DNA of 62,746 bases, filler included. It is 6 parts of 6 records of this genome, joined end to end, with 100 filler letters (N's around TTAATTAATTAA, not from the genome) between each part and the next. Parts side by side here need not be neighbours in the genome. Positions count along the whole stretch, not along the records: positions 46,479 to 56,131 come from SRR31147125_20844; positions 56,232 to 62,746 come from SRR31147125_20854; 4 more parts are not named here. One strand, 5' to 3'. Below, piece by piece: positions 51,952-61,423 of this stretch. The first letter of the stretch is position 1; the number at the start of each line of letters is the position of its first letter. The notes beneath the pieces are model-generated. The model ran no database searches and was not told the origin of the DNA. It saw only the letters and a list, made by a program, of their open reading frames with translations. The position numbers were made by a program, and so were the translations under genes.

Positions 51952-53109
51952 ATGCGAAAAATCTGTGTCGTGACCGGCTCCCGCGCCGAATACGGACTTT
52001 TGTCGGGCCTTTTGCAGTCGATTGAAAAGGAACGGGACATGCGTTTGCAGCTGGTTGTGACGGGGATGCATTTGTCGCCGGAATTCGGGCTGACCTATAA
52101 AGAGATTGAGGACGACGGGTTAACGATAGACGCCCGGGTGGAAAATTTGTTGTCGAGCGATACGCCGGTGGGCATAGCCAAATCAATGGGCTTGGGGACC
52201 ATCGGCTTTGCAGATGTGTTCTCCCGGCTCCAGCCGGACCTGCTTGTGCTTTTGGGGGACCGGTATGAGGTGTTTGCAGCGGCGCAGGCGGCGCTGGTGT
52301 CACGGCTTCCAGCGGCGCATATAGCCGGAGGCGACGTTACCGAGGGAGCTTTTGACGATGCGCTGCGGCACAGCATCACCAAAATGGCGCATCTGCATTT
52401 CGTCACCAATGAGTTCTCACGTCGGCGCGTTATACAGCTCGGGGAGGACCCGGACCGTGTCTTCAACGTAGGCCATCTCGGGCTGGACCGCTTGGCCGCG
52501 CTGCCGATTATGAGCCGCGCGGCGCTGGAAAAGGCGCTGCCGTTTAATTTCAGAGAAAAAAACCTTTTGATTACGTTTCATCCCGTCACGCTGGACGCGC
52601 AGCCGTCCGGTGTGCAGTTTGAGGAGCTGGTGCGGGCGCTTGACGAGCTTGGCGAAGACGTGGGTCTCATTTTTACGCATCCCAACGCCGACACGGATGG
52701 GCGAAGCCTCATTCGCCAGATGGAGGCATTTGCTGCCCGTCATCCGAATGCGGCTGTGTTTTCATCGCTGGGGCAGCGCTACCTCAGCCTGATGGCGCAG
52801 ACGGACGTCGTCGTGGGTAACTCCTCGAGCGGCCTGTATGAAGCGCCGTCTTTACATAAGCCGACGGTTAATATCGGGGACCGGCAGAAGGGCCGGCTGA
52901 TGGCCGAATCCGTTATTTGCTGCCCTCCGGAAAAGAAAGCGATTAAAAACGCGATACTTCGGGCGTTTGAGACGAACTGCTCGGCTGTTGTCAATCCCTA
53001 TGGCAGCGGCGGCAGCGCCGAGAAAATCATTGAGATACTGCGCGCCGTGCCGGACTTCAAGGCGCTCGTTAAAAAGAAATTCTGCGACATCGATTGGACG
53101 GACGTTTAA
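51952..53109 (+). CDS. neuC: Hydrolysing NDP-HexNAc 2-epimerase (NeuC/LegG)
   Basis: VVTGSRAEYGLL, TGMHLSPEFG, LGDRYE, RHSITKMAHLHF, GNSSSG, NIGDRQKGR. Confidence 0.93.
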   Translation: MRKICVVTGSRAEYGLLSGLLQSIEKERDMRLQLVVTGMHLSPEFGLTYKEIEDDGLTIDARVENLLSSDTPVGIAKSMGLGTIGFADVFSRLQPDLLVLLGDRYEVFAAAQAALVSRLPAAHIAGGDVTEGAFDDALRHSITKMAHLHFVTNEFSRRRVIQLGEDPDRVFNVGHLGLDRLAALPIMSRAALEKALPFNFREKNLLITFHPVTLDAQPSGVQFEELVRALDELGEDVGLIFTHPNADTDGRSLIRQMEAFAARHPNAAVFSSLGQRYLSLMAQTDVVVGNSSSGLYEAPSLHKPTVNIGDRQKGRLMAESVICCPPEKKAIKNAILRAFETNCSAVVNPYGSGGSAEKIIEILRAVPDFKALVKKKFCDIDWTDV

Positions 53110-53138
53110 TACGCCCGCCTGTCAAAGGGGCTGGACGT

Positions 53139-54140
53139 ATGAGTAAAATTACAATCATCGCCGAGGGGGGCGTCAATCATAACGGCGACCGGGCGCTGGC
53201 GCTTGAGCTGGTTGACGCGGCGGCAAAAGCCGGCGCGGACTACGTTAAGTTCCAGACCTGGAAAAGCGAAAGCCTTGTTGTTAAAGGCGCGGCAAAAGCC
53301 GGGTATCAACAGGCCGCAACGGGAGATAGCGCGTCCATGCTTGATATGCTGAAGAAGCTGGAGCTGTCCTTTGAGGATTTTAAGGTGATCAAGGACCGTT
53401 GCCAAAAGGCGGGTGTTGGTTTTATGTCATCGCCCTTTGACGTTGAAAGTGCTGAATTTCTGTATTCGCTGGGCGTTGACACGATGAAAATCGCATCGGG
53501 TGAGATCACGAATTTGCCGCTTTTAGAGACGCTGGCCGGCTATCCCCGTCCTGTTTTGCTGTCCACTGGAATGAGCCGGATTGAGGAGATTGAAGATGCG
53601 CTCGGCGTCCTGCGGCAAAAGGTCCCTAAAGAGATTACGCTGCTGCACTGCAACACCCAGTATCCTACGCCGATGCGCGACGTGAACCTCAGAGCCATGC
53701 AGACGCTGAGAGACCAGTTCGGGATCCCCGTCGGTCTGTCGGACCATTCGCTGGGCATTGAGGTGCCGATCGCGGCGGCGGCGCTCGGCGCTTCGGTCAT
53801 TGAAAAGCACTTTACGCTCAGCCGTTCTATGAAGGGGCCGGATCATCAGGCCAGCGCGGACCCCAAGGCGTTTGAAGCGATGGTACGCTGTGTGCGAAAC
53901 ATTGAGCTGGCGCTTGGGAGTGGCGAGAAAATCGTTACCGGTTCGGAGCGGGATAATAGAGTGGCCGCGCGTAAAAGCATCGTCGCCGCCCGTAAAATCC
54001 GTCAAGGCGAAGTCTTTACGACGGACAATATCACGACGAAGCGGCCGGGCAGCGGCGTCTCTCCGATGCTGTGGCATGATGTGTTGGGCGTGGCAGCCAT
54101 CCGGGATTTTGAAGCGGATGAGCCGATTGCGCTGGAATAA
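53139..54140 (+). CDS. neuB: N-acylneuraminate/legionaminate synthase (NeuB/LegI)
   Basis: IIAEGGVNHNGD, VKFQT, KIASGEITN, LHCNTQYP, SDHSLG, IEKHFTL, C-terminal AFP-like KRPG. Start at 53139. Confidence 0.94.
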   Translation: MSKITIIAEGGVNHNGDRALALELVDAAAKAGADYVKFQTWKSESLVVKGAAKAGYQQAATGDSASMLDMLKKLELSFEDFKVIKDRCQKAGVGFMSSPFDVESAEFLYSLGVDTMKIASGEITNLPLLETLAGYPRPVLLSTGMSRIEEIEDALGVLRQKVPKEITLLHCNTQYPTPMRDVNLRAMQTLRDQFGIPVGLSDHSLGIEVPIAAAALGASVIEKHFTLSRSMKGPDHQASADPKAFEAMVRCVRNIELALGSGEKIVTGSERDNRVAARKSIVAARKIRQGEVFTTDNITTKRPGSGVSPMLWHDVLGVAAIRDFEADEPIALE

Positions 54141-54177
54141 TGGTGTTCGGACACAAAGAGCGAAAGGATAGATCGGC

Positions 54178-55164
54178 GTGAAATTTCTGGTGATCGGTCT
54201 GGGGTCAATGGGGCGGCGGAGAGCCCGTCTGCTTTTGCGGTATTTTAGCGCCGCCGTCTGCGGCGCGGATAAAAGCGCCGAACGGCGGGCGCAGGCGCAG
54301 TCACTGTTTGGAATTAATACGTTCGAGGACGTGAATACGGCGATTGTGCAGGAAAAACCGGACGCTGTCCTTGTTTGCGCGCCGCCGCTGAGTCATGCGG
54401 AAATCATACTGAACTGCCTTGAAAAGGGCCTGCACGTTTTCAGTGAGCTCAATCTGCGGCCGTACCGATACGATGAGATCATACAGGTGGCACAGACGGG
54501 TAAAGCGGTACTGTTTTTGTCCTCCACACAACTGTACCGCCGGGAGCTCCGGGCGGTATCAGACATTGTATCCAAGCAGGACGGGAAGGTGATTTACCGG
54601 TACCATGTTGGCCAGTACCTGCCCGACTGGCATCCGTGGGACAGCGGCCGTGAGTTTTTCGTCTGGGATGCGCAAACGAATGCCTGCCGCGAAATCCTGG
54701 CGCTTGAGCTGCCGTGGCTCCTCCGCGCGTTCGGCCGGGTGGGGGATGTCGTGGCCGTTAAAGACAAAATTTCCGTGCTGGATATCCAATATCCCGACCA
54801 TTACCTGCTCATCCTGCAGCACGAAAACGGGAACAAGGGCGTATTTATAGCCGACGCCGTATCGCGCATGGCGCAAAGAGAGCTTTTGGTTTATTCCGAT
54901 AAGCTGCATCTGACGTGGCACGGTACGCCGGACAGCCTGCGGCGGTTTGATATTGACAGAAAAGTAACAGAAACCATTCCGACATACGAAGGCGTGGAGC
55001 ACGACGGCCTGTACGCGGACAGCATTATTGAAAACGCCTATGCCGACGAACTGGCGGCCTTTATAAACATGATCGAGGGGAGGCCCGAAAGCGAGCCATA
55101 CACCTTCGAGGAAGACCTTTATACGCTTGAGCTTATCGACAGGATTGAGGAGGCCGGCGCTTGA
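54178..55164 (+). CDS. Gfo/Idh/MocA-family oxidoreductase
   Basis: LVIGLGSMGRRR; GQYLPDWHPW. Confidence 0.85.
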   Translation: MKFLVIGLGSMGRRRARLLLRYFSAAVCGADKSAERRAQAQSLFGINTFEDVNTAIVQEKPDAVLVCAPPLSHAEIILNCLEKGLHVFSELNLRPYRYDEIIQVAQTGKAVLFLSSTQLYRRELRAVSDIVSKQDGKVIYRYHVGQYLPDWHPWDSGREFFVWDAQTNACREILALELPWLLRAFGRVGDVVAVKDKISVLDIQYPDHYLLILQHENGNKGVFIADAVSRMAQRELLVYSDKLHLTWHGTPDSLRRFDIDRKVTETIPTYEGVEHDGLYADSIIENAYADELAAFINMIEGRPESEPYTFEEDLYTLELIDRIEEAGA

Positions 55165-56095
55165 AGGTTTGTTTTTGCGGGCTGGGGTCCATCGCCAAAA
55201 GGCATCTAAAGAATTTAAGCTATCTCGCAGAGGAAGCTGGACTCGAGCTTGACATTCATGCTCTGCGGCATGCAGTGAGCGTGCCGGAAGCGGTCATAAA
55301 CGGCCTGACACTATGGCAGACAGCCGACCCGCAGGAGCTGGACCGGGATTATGACGCCGTATTCATCACCAATCCGGCGAGCCTGCATTACGAGACAATT
55401 AAAAGGATGGCTGGACGAACGAGCCATATGTTTATTGAAAAGCCCGTCTTCAATCACGGGGATTATGATCTGGATGCGCTGGGGCTGAAGGAAGAGGGCG
55501 TTTATTACGTGGCCGGGCCGCTTCGTTATACGTCTGTGATACGGACGATGCGGGAAATCGCCCGGCAGCACAGCGTCTTCAGTGTTCGTGCCATCTGCTC
55601 GTCGTACCTGCCGGGCTGGCGGACGGGGACGGATTACCGCCAAACAAGCAGCGCCAAAAAAAGCTGGGCGGCGATGTTAGCCTCGACCTGATACACGAGT
55701 GGGATTACCTGATTGATCTGTTCGGCTTTCCTCAATCCATCTATAAAATCAGCGGCAAGTATTCGCCCCTGGAGATCGACAGCGACGACATGGCTGTCTA
55801 TATCGCCGCCTACGCGGATAAAGCCGTCGAGCTGCACCTGGACTATTTCGGCCGGGAAACCCGCCGGGAGCTTGAGCTGTTCACGGAACGCGGGACGATT
55901 ACGGGCGATCTCATCAAAAACACGGTGTCCTTTACGGACGGAACGAAGCAAATATGGTTTGACGAGGATCGAAATGATATGTATTTGGCTGAGATGCGCT
56001 TTTTTCTGGACCTAATCCGGGCGGGAGAAAAGTTTAATAATATGGCGCGCGCCCGCGCCGTATTGAACATTGCGTTGGGGAGTTTAAACCCATGA
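55161..56095 (+). CDS. Gfo/Idh/MocA-family oxidoreductase (frameshift in the A-run near 55660)
   Basis: GLGSIAKRH, FIEKP, SYLPGWR; next frame LGGDVSLDLIHEWDY...LHLDYFGR. Confidence 0.85.
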
Positions 56096-56131
56096 AGCTT
56101 CTTATAACAATCTGCGGACGCGGCGGCTCAA
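56092..56131 (+). CDS. neuA: CMP-nonulosonate synthetase (NeuA/LegF) N-terminus, truncated
   Basis: MKLLITICGRGGS matches the I-x-A/G-R-G-G-S-K motif; ATGA overlap with the upstream gene. Confidence 0.7.
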
Positions 56132-56231
56132 NNNNNNNNNNNNNNNNNNNNNNNNNNNNNNNNNNNNNNNNNNNNTTAATTAATTAANNNNNNNNNNNNN
56201 NNNNNNNNNNNNNNNNNNNNNNNNNNNNNNN
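56132..56231. other. Artificial contig linker
   Basis: N-run + TTAATTAATTAA + N-run. Confidence 0.99.
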
Positions 56232-56305
56232 AAAAAGAAGCAAGGTTTTAACTTTGCTTTCTTTTAATATTTTTAAGAAATCTATTTCTAAATTCACTTA
56301 TTTTA

Positions 56306-56560
56306 TTAACCAATTATATTTTCACTGTCCCCAATTAACTGAAACTCTTCTTCCTCCATGTTGAACTATTTATTTCTCCTGCTTCAATTATGTAGTACCA
56401 GCCACGTATATTCAGATCATCCATCATATATTTTGTCTCAATATCAGGATAAGTAAAAAGATTGTAGACTTGTTCAACTATATTGCATTACTCCGTAAAC
56501 CAATTTTTTTCACCTAAATCTACTTTATTTTTCTCTTCTAAATATCTATTTTCTCTTTCT
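56306..56560 (-). pseudogene. Beta-carbonic anhydrase C-terminal remnant
   Basis: Reading through the TAA at 56488 gives WFTE*CNIVEQVYNLFTYPDI...LNIRGWYYIIEAGEI, typical of beta-CA C-termini. Confidence 0.6.
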
Positions 56561-58595
56561 TTTACTCTAAATCCTATTGCAGCAACATCATCTCTCTGTA
56601 GTTCATCTCCCTTAAATTTTTCAAACTCATCCATTATTATTTTCTTCTGCTCATCTAAACTTTTATTCGCATTTTTCTCTAAAATCTCCAATATTTCCTC
56701 TTTACCAAAACACTTTGTTGTACCATACCCATTTTGATCACTTAAACCATCAGTAAACATGTAAAAACTCTCTCCTCCTAGTAAATTAATCTCATGATTA
56801 CTATAATTATAACTCTCTTTCGATTTAGCATAACCAACGCTTTGTTTATCTCCTTTTATTAATTTCACTCCACTTTTATCAATATAAATTAGTGGTATCT
56901 TTGCACCACTGTACACTAATCTGTTTCTATTAGTTTCTATCATACACAAAGCTATATCAAGCCCGTCATCTGCATCTCTGTTAATTCTGTCATATTGTTT
57001 TTTTGAAGTGTTCTTTTAATCTGTTTATTAAGCTCGATTAAAATAGAAGATGGACTATCAGAACATGACTCCTCAATTATATTATGCAGTATTGAATTTA
57101 CCATCATAGTCATAAAAGCTCCAGGAACACCATGTCCGGTACAGTCAATTAAAGCAACAAACACTTTATCAGCAAATTCTTTATACCAATATAAATCACC
57201 ACCTACAATATCTCTTGGTTTCCAAATTATAAATCTTTCAATTAACTTTTCATCCATTCGTTCTTTTCGTGGTAATATCGATGTTTGAATCTTTTGTGCA
57301 TATTTTATACTCTCCAATATTTTACTATTTTGATTTTCTAAATCTCTATTTTTCTCCTCCAACTCCTCAGTTACAACCCCTACTAAGTGAGTTAGAGCTC
57401 TTATGTTTGCCATGCTTTTTTCATCATAGTACTCTTTTATCTCATCAATTTTCTCTATTTTTTCTAAATTTTCAAATGGTTTCTCTGACATACATAATAT
57501 TGTCATAGTCATATTCAAAGTTTCATTTCGGTTATTTAGATGAAAGAACTCTCCATATGTAAAAAATCCTACAGTGGGAGAAATGTTTGCAACTGGTTTG
57601 ATCTCAACTAATACTTCACTTTTAAGAAAGGCTTTTCTAGCTGCGCAAGAGTAAACAAAAGTAGTTTCCGGCTTAAGACTCTCTAATTCATTTACTATTT
57701 TTTTGACATTTTGAAGTACAAAATTCACATTACCATAACCAAACTGTATTTTTTCGCCTTTATAAAGCTTTCCGCTATATATAATTGAACCATCTCTATT
57801 AACAGTTAGAGCCTCTCTAGCAATTTTTACATCATCACGCTTTATTATAATCGGAAACTCTGCGCCTGCAAACCTCATTAGATTATCTGCGATCTCTTTT
57901 CCCAGATATTTCTTATACATATCAAATGCAGGAATTCCATCAAGAGTATATAATCTATTTCCTTCAACTTTTGTTACTTCCATGAGTTTCCCTATCTCCT
58001 GCCAGCCCATGCTGTATGTAGTGTGAACATGTAAAGAATCGCTATTTAATGATACTCCTACTATGCCGCTTCCATTTGAGATAATTCTAGAGCCTATAAA
58101 TACCTTGCCACCAACTATCTCAAAATTATCGCCGGCTACTCCTCCTGCTACAATCAAATCTTCTTTTACAAATTCAACCCCCTTTAACAACTCTTCTCTA
58201 TTAGCATGAAGTGTATCAGAAAAAAGAATTATTGCCTTTGTATTCTTCTCTATTAATTTCTTAGCTATTGTAATTCCCATTGAAAAATAATCATCACTCT
58301 CTTTTTCGTCATCTATATATGTACTCTTGATTTTAGTTTTCTCAAAAATGGTAAATGAAATAACTGCTGAGTTATCCTTTATTTCACCTTCCAGTATCTC
58401 TCCTGCTGTTGTAGTTCCAATAATTGTTGCTTTAGGCAGGATTTCTGAAATTTCATCAGTTATCTGTTTAATAAAAACTTCTTCTAGACTACCAACAAAA
58501 ACTTGAATAAGCATCTCGGTATTTTTAATATTCTTATCCTTTGTAAAGGATTCTAATTCTAATTTGTTTTTATAAATTGTATTAAAAGTTTTCAT
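56488..58595 (-). CDS. FIST-domain sensor fused to a SpoIIE/PP2C phosphatase (frameshift in the A-run near 57000)
   Basis: FIST (GTTTAGEI, GGVAGDN, YSCAARK, GFFTYGEF); PP2C (PRDIVGGDLYW, DCTGHGVPGA; next frame DDGLDIAL, FTDGLSDQNG, QRDD). Confidence 0.9.
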
Positions 58596-58834
58596 TTCCC
58601 TTCCTCCGTAACTGAGCTTTATACTATCATTCTATGCCATTTTACGTTGAGAAACAAACAAGCATATACTTATCTTTTCTAATTGCATTCATTATTCCTC
58701 TATCTTTCCTTATTTTTTATATAAAGAAACTTGATTTTAAATCAAAAATGTAGTATAAATTGAGTATAAATAAATAGTGTGCAATTAATTTGTTTGTTAG
58801 TTATTTAAACTTAGTATTTAAGGGAGTTTTTAAA

Positions 58835-60217
58835 ATGAATAGTTATGACTTAATCGTAATAGGTGCTGGCGCTGGTGGTCTTTCAGCTGCATATACGGCT
58901 CTTGGTTTTGGCAAAAAAGTAGCTCTTATAGAAAAAGAAAAACCTGGAGGCGAATGTACATGGAGTGGCTGTATACCAAGTAAAGCTCTCATCAACCTAG
59001 CAAAAGAAGTAAATTATGTAAATAAATGGGTTAAGGGTCACGAAGTAGATAGTGAGATCATTATGGAAAAAGTTAGAACCGTTATTAATAATGTTTATGA
59101 AGGTGAAACGCCTGAGAAGCTTCGTTCAGACGGTATTGATGTAATCAATGGACATGCAAAATTTATCTCAAACAATACTATTTTAGTAGGAGATGAAGAG
59201 TACTCAGCAGCTAAAATTATTATTTCAACTGGTTCCTCTCCATTTGTTCCACCAATACCAGGTTTAAAGGATATTGAATATCTAACAAATGAAACTCTTT
59301 TTACTCAAAAACTGCCTAAAAGTATTACTATACTTGGTGGAGGTGCAATTGGTGTCGAGATGGCTCAAGCACTAAATAGATTAGGAGTTGAAGTTAACAT
59401 AGTTGAGATGGCCGATACTATTCTATTTCGTGAGGAAAAAGAATTGGCAAAATTACTGAGAGAAAGATTGAGCGCAGAGGGCGTTAACATTTATGAAAAG
59501 CATAAAGCTATCAAAGTTAGTTCCACTGAAATTGTGGCTGAATTAACTGCGGAATACCTGGGTGAAGAGGTTAAAATCTCAGCTGAAAAGATTCTTGTTG
59601 CTGTTGGAAGAAAGGCAAATGTTTATAATTTAGATCTGGAAGCTGCAAATATTGATTATACTCCAAAGGGTATTGTTGTAAATACAAAATTAGAAACATC
59701 AGCAAAAAACGTTTATGCTGTAGGAGATGTAGCAGGGCCATATCAATTTTCACACATGGCAAATGTACAAGGAATATTAGCAGCAAAAAATGCTATCCTA
59801 CCGATTAATTCGAACATCAACTATAAACATGTTGCTTGGTGTACCTTCACAGATCCAGAACTTGCAAGAGCTGGCATGACAGAGGATGAAGCTAGAGAAA
59901 AATATGAAAACATAAGAGTTTATGAGCATGATTACAACCACTTGGATAGAGCTAAAACAAAGGAAAATAGTCTGGGAAAGGTTAAACTAATATTAGATAA
60001 AAAAGGTAAAATATTAGGGGCATCTGTACTTGGAGATAGAGCAGGGGAGATCATTTCAGAAATCCAGGTTGTCAAAACATTGGGGCATAACTTCTCCAAA
60101 CTAACAAACGTGATTCATCCATATCCAACTTACTCAGAGATATTAAATAAAATTGCCAAAAGAGTTACAGTTGATAACATTTTATTAAACCCAATTGTTA
60201 AGATGTTTAGAAAATAA
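58835..60217 (+). CDS. Pyridine nucleotide-disulfide oxidoreductase (dihydrolipoamide dehydrogenase / MerA-like family)
   Basis: IGAGAGG, GGECTWSGCIPSK, GGGAIGVE, AVGD, HPYPT. Start at 58835. Confidence 0.92.
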   Translation: MNSYDLIVIGAGAGGLSAAYTALGFGKKVALIEKEKPGGECTWSGCIPSKALINLAKEVNYVNKWVKGHEVDSEIIMEKVRTVINNVYEGETPEKLRSDGIDVINGHAKFISNNTILVGDEEYSAAKIIISTGSSPFVPPIPGLKDIEYLTNETLFTQKLPKSITILGGGAIGVEMAQALNRLGVEVNIVEMADTILFREEKELAKLLRERLSAEGVNIYEKHKAIKVSSTEIVAELTAEYLGEEVKISAEKILVAVGRKANVYNLDLEAANIDYTPKGIVVNTKLETSAKNVYAVGDVAGPYQFSHMANVQGILAAKNAILPINSNINYKHVAWCTFTDPELARAGMTEDEAREKYENIRVYEHDYNHLDRAKTKENSLGKVKLILDKKGKILGASVLGDRAGEIISEIQVVKTLGHNFSKLTNVIHPYPTYSEILNKIAKRVTVDNILLNPIVKMFRK

Positions 60218-60241
60218 TAATAAAATTACAGGAGGAAATTT

Positions 60242-60685
60242 ATGTCAATACAAATTACAGCTGCAATAGTAGTATTAATATTAACCTTAGGAACAGTTAA
60301 AAATAACAAAACACCTACTAATCTTGGTGTAAGTAATGGAAAGTTAGCAGAGTTATCAAAAAAACCAAATAATGTTTCTAGCCAGACAAATGAGAAAGAT
60401 AAATATGTAGAACCACTTAAATTTATAGGTGATTTAGAAAACAGCAAGAAAAAAATTCTTGATATCTTAATCAACTCATATGAAGCAAGTATAGTCAAAG
60501 ATGAAAAAAACTATATCTACGCAGTTATCAGTACAAAATTAATGAAATATAAAGATGATATTGAATTTTATTTTGACGAAGAGAATAATGTAGTTCATTT
60601 TAGATCTTCTTCACGAATAGGTTACTCTGATATGGGATTAAATAGAAAAAGATATAATGAAATTGCAGATAAATATTATGAATAA
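60242..60685 (+). CDS. DUF1499 domain protein
   Basis: LGVSNGKL...PNNVSSQ, YKDDIEFY, HFRSSSRIGYSDMGLNRKR. Confidence 0.88.
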   Translation: MSIQITAAIVVLILTLGTVKNNKTPTNLGVSNGKLAELSKKPNNVSSQTNEKDKYVEPLKFIGDLENSKKKILDILINSYEASIVKDEKNYIYAVISTKLMKYKDDIEFYFDEENNVVHFRSSSRIGYSDMGLNRKRYNEIADKYYE

Positions 60686-60764
60686 TTGTCAATTTTATCT
60701 ATTTATGCTAGAATAGTTCAGATAATATCTATACTTTACTTGCTTTAAATCAATATATTTTGGA

Positions 60765-61220
60765 GTGATACAAATGAATAACGATAAATATGAAGTTCTA
60801 AAACTAAATAACCAGTTTTGTTTCTCGCTTTATTCTCTCTCAAAAGAGATAACAAGGCTGTATAAACCATATCTAAAAGAACTAAATTTAACATATACAC
60901 AATATATAACTATGTTAGTTCTTTGGGAGCAGGATGGATTAAAAGTAAATGAAATCGGGAAAAAAGTTCAACTTGATTCTGGAACACTTACGCCATTATT
61001 AAAAAAACTTGAATCAAAAGGTTTTATTAAAAGAACGCGACAAAAAGAAGATGAAAGAAACTTAAATGTTACTTTAACAGACACGGGTTGGAAACTAAAG
61101 GAAAAAGCTATAAAAATACCTTATCAATTAGTCGATAAAATGAACATTCCTGTCAAAGATTTAAAAAACCTAAGAAAAGAACTACAATGTTTAAATGAAG
61201 TTTTATCTAAACTTGATTAA
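60765..61220 (+). CDS. MarR-family regulator, OhrR-like
   Basis: LKLNNQFCFSLY (reactive Cys), LTYTQYITMLVLWE, LDSGTLTPLLKKLE, DER. Confidence 0.92.
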   Translation: MIQMNNDKYEVLKLNNQFCFSLYSLSKEITRLYKPYLKELNLTYTQYITMLVLWEQDGLKVNEIGKKVQLDSGTLTPLLKKLESKGFIKRTRQKEDERNLNVTLTDTGWKLKEKAIKIPYQLVDKMNIPVKDLKNLRKELQCLNEVLSKLD

Positions 61221-61423
61221 TTAAAAATTAATAGATTTACTACCGCTGGATGAAATGTTACGACTTTTTTATCCAGCTAATTTTATTTTTAGATATTTGA
61301 AAAATCATGTGGTATAATTAATAAACTCTTTGCAAAATATTGAGTTTTTTAACGAAATTTGGACATTTATGCAAAGCTCTCCTAAACACTAATACAGAAA
61401 AAAGAACATGGAAAGGAATACCA

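Noticed and set aside
58835-60217. Mercuric reductase merA
   Set aside because: No C-terminal Cys-Cys pair, no N-terminal HMA domain and no mer operon genes.
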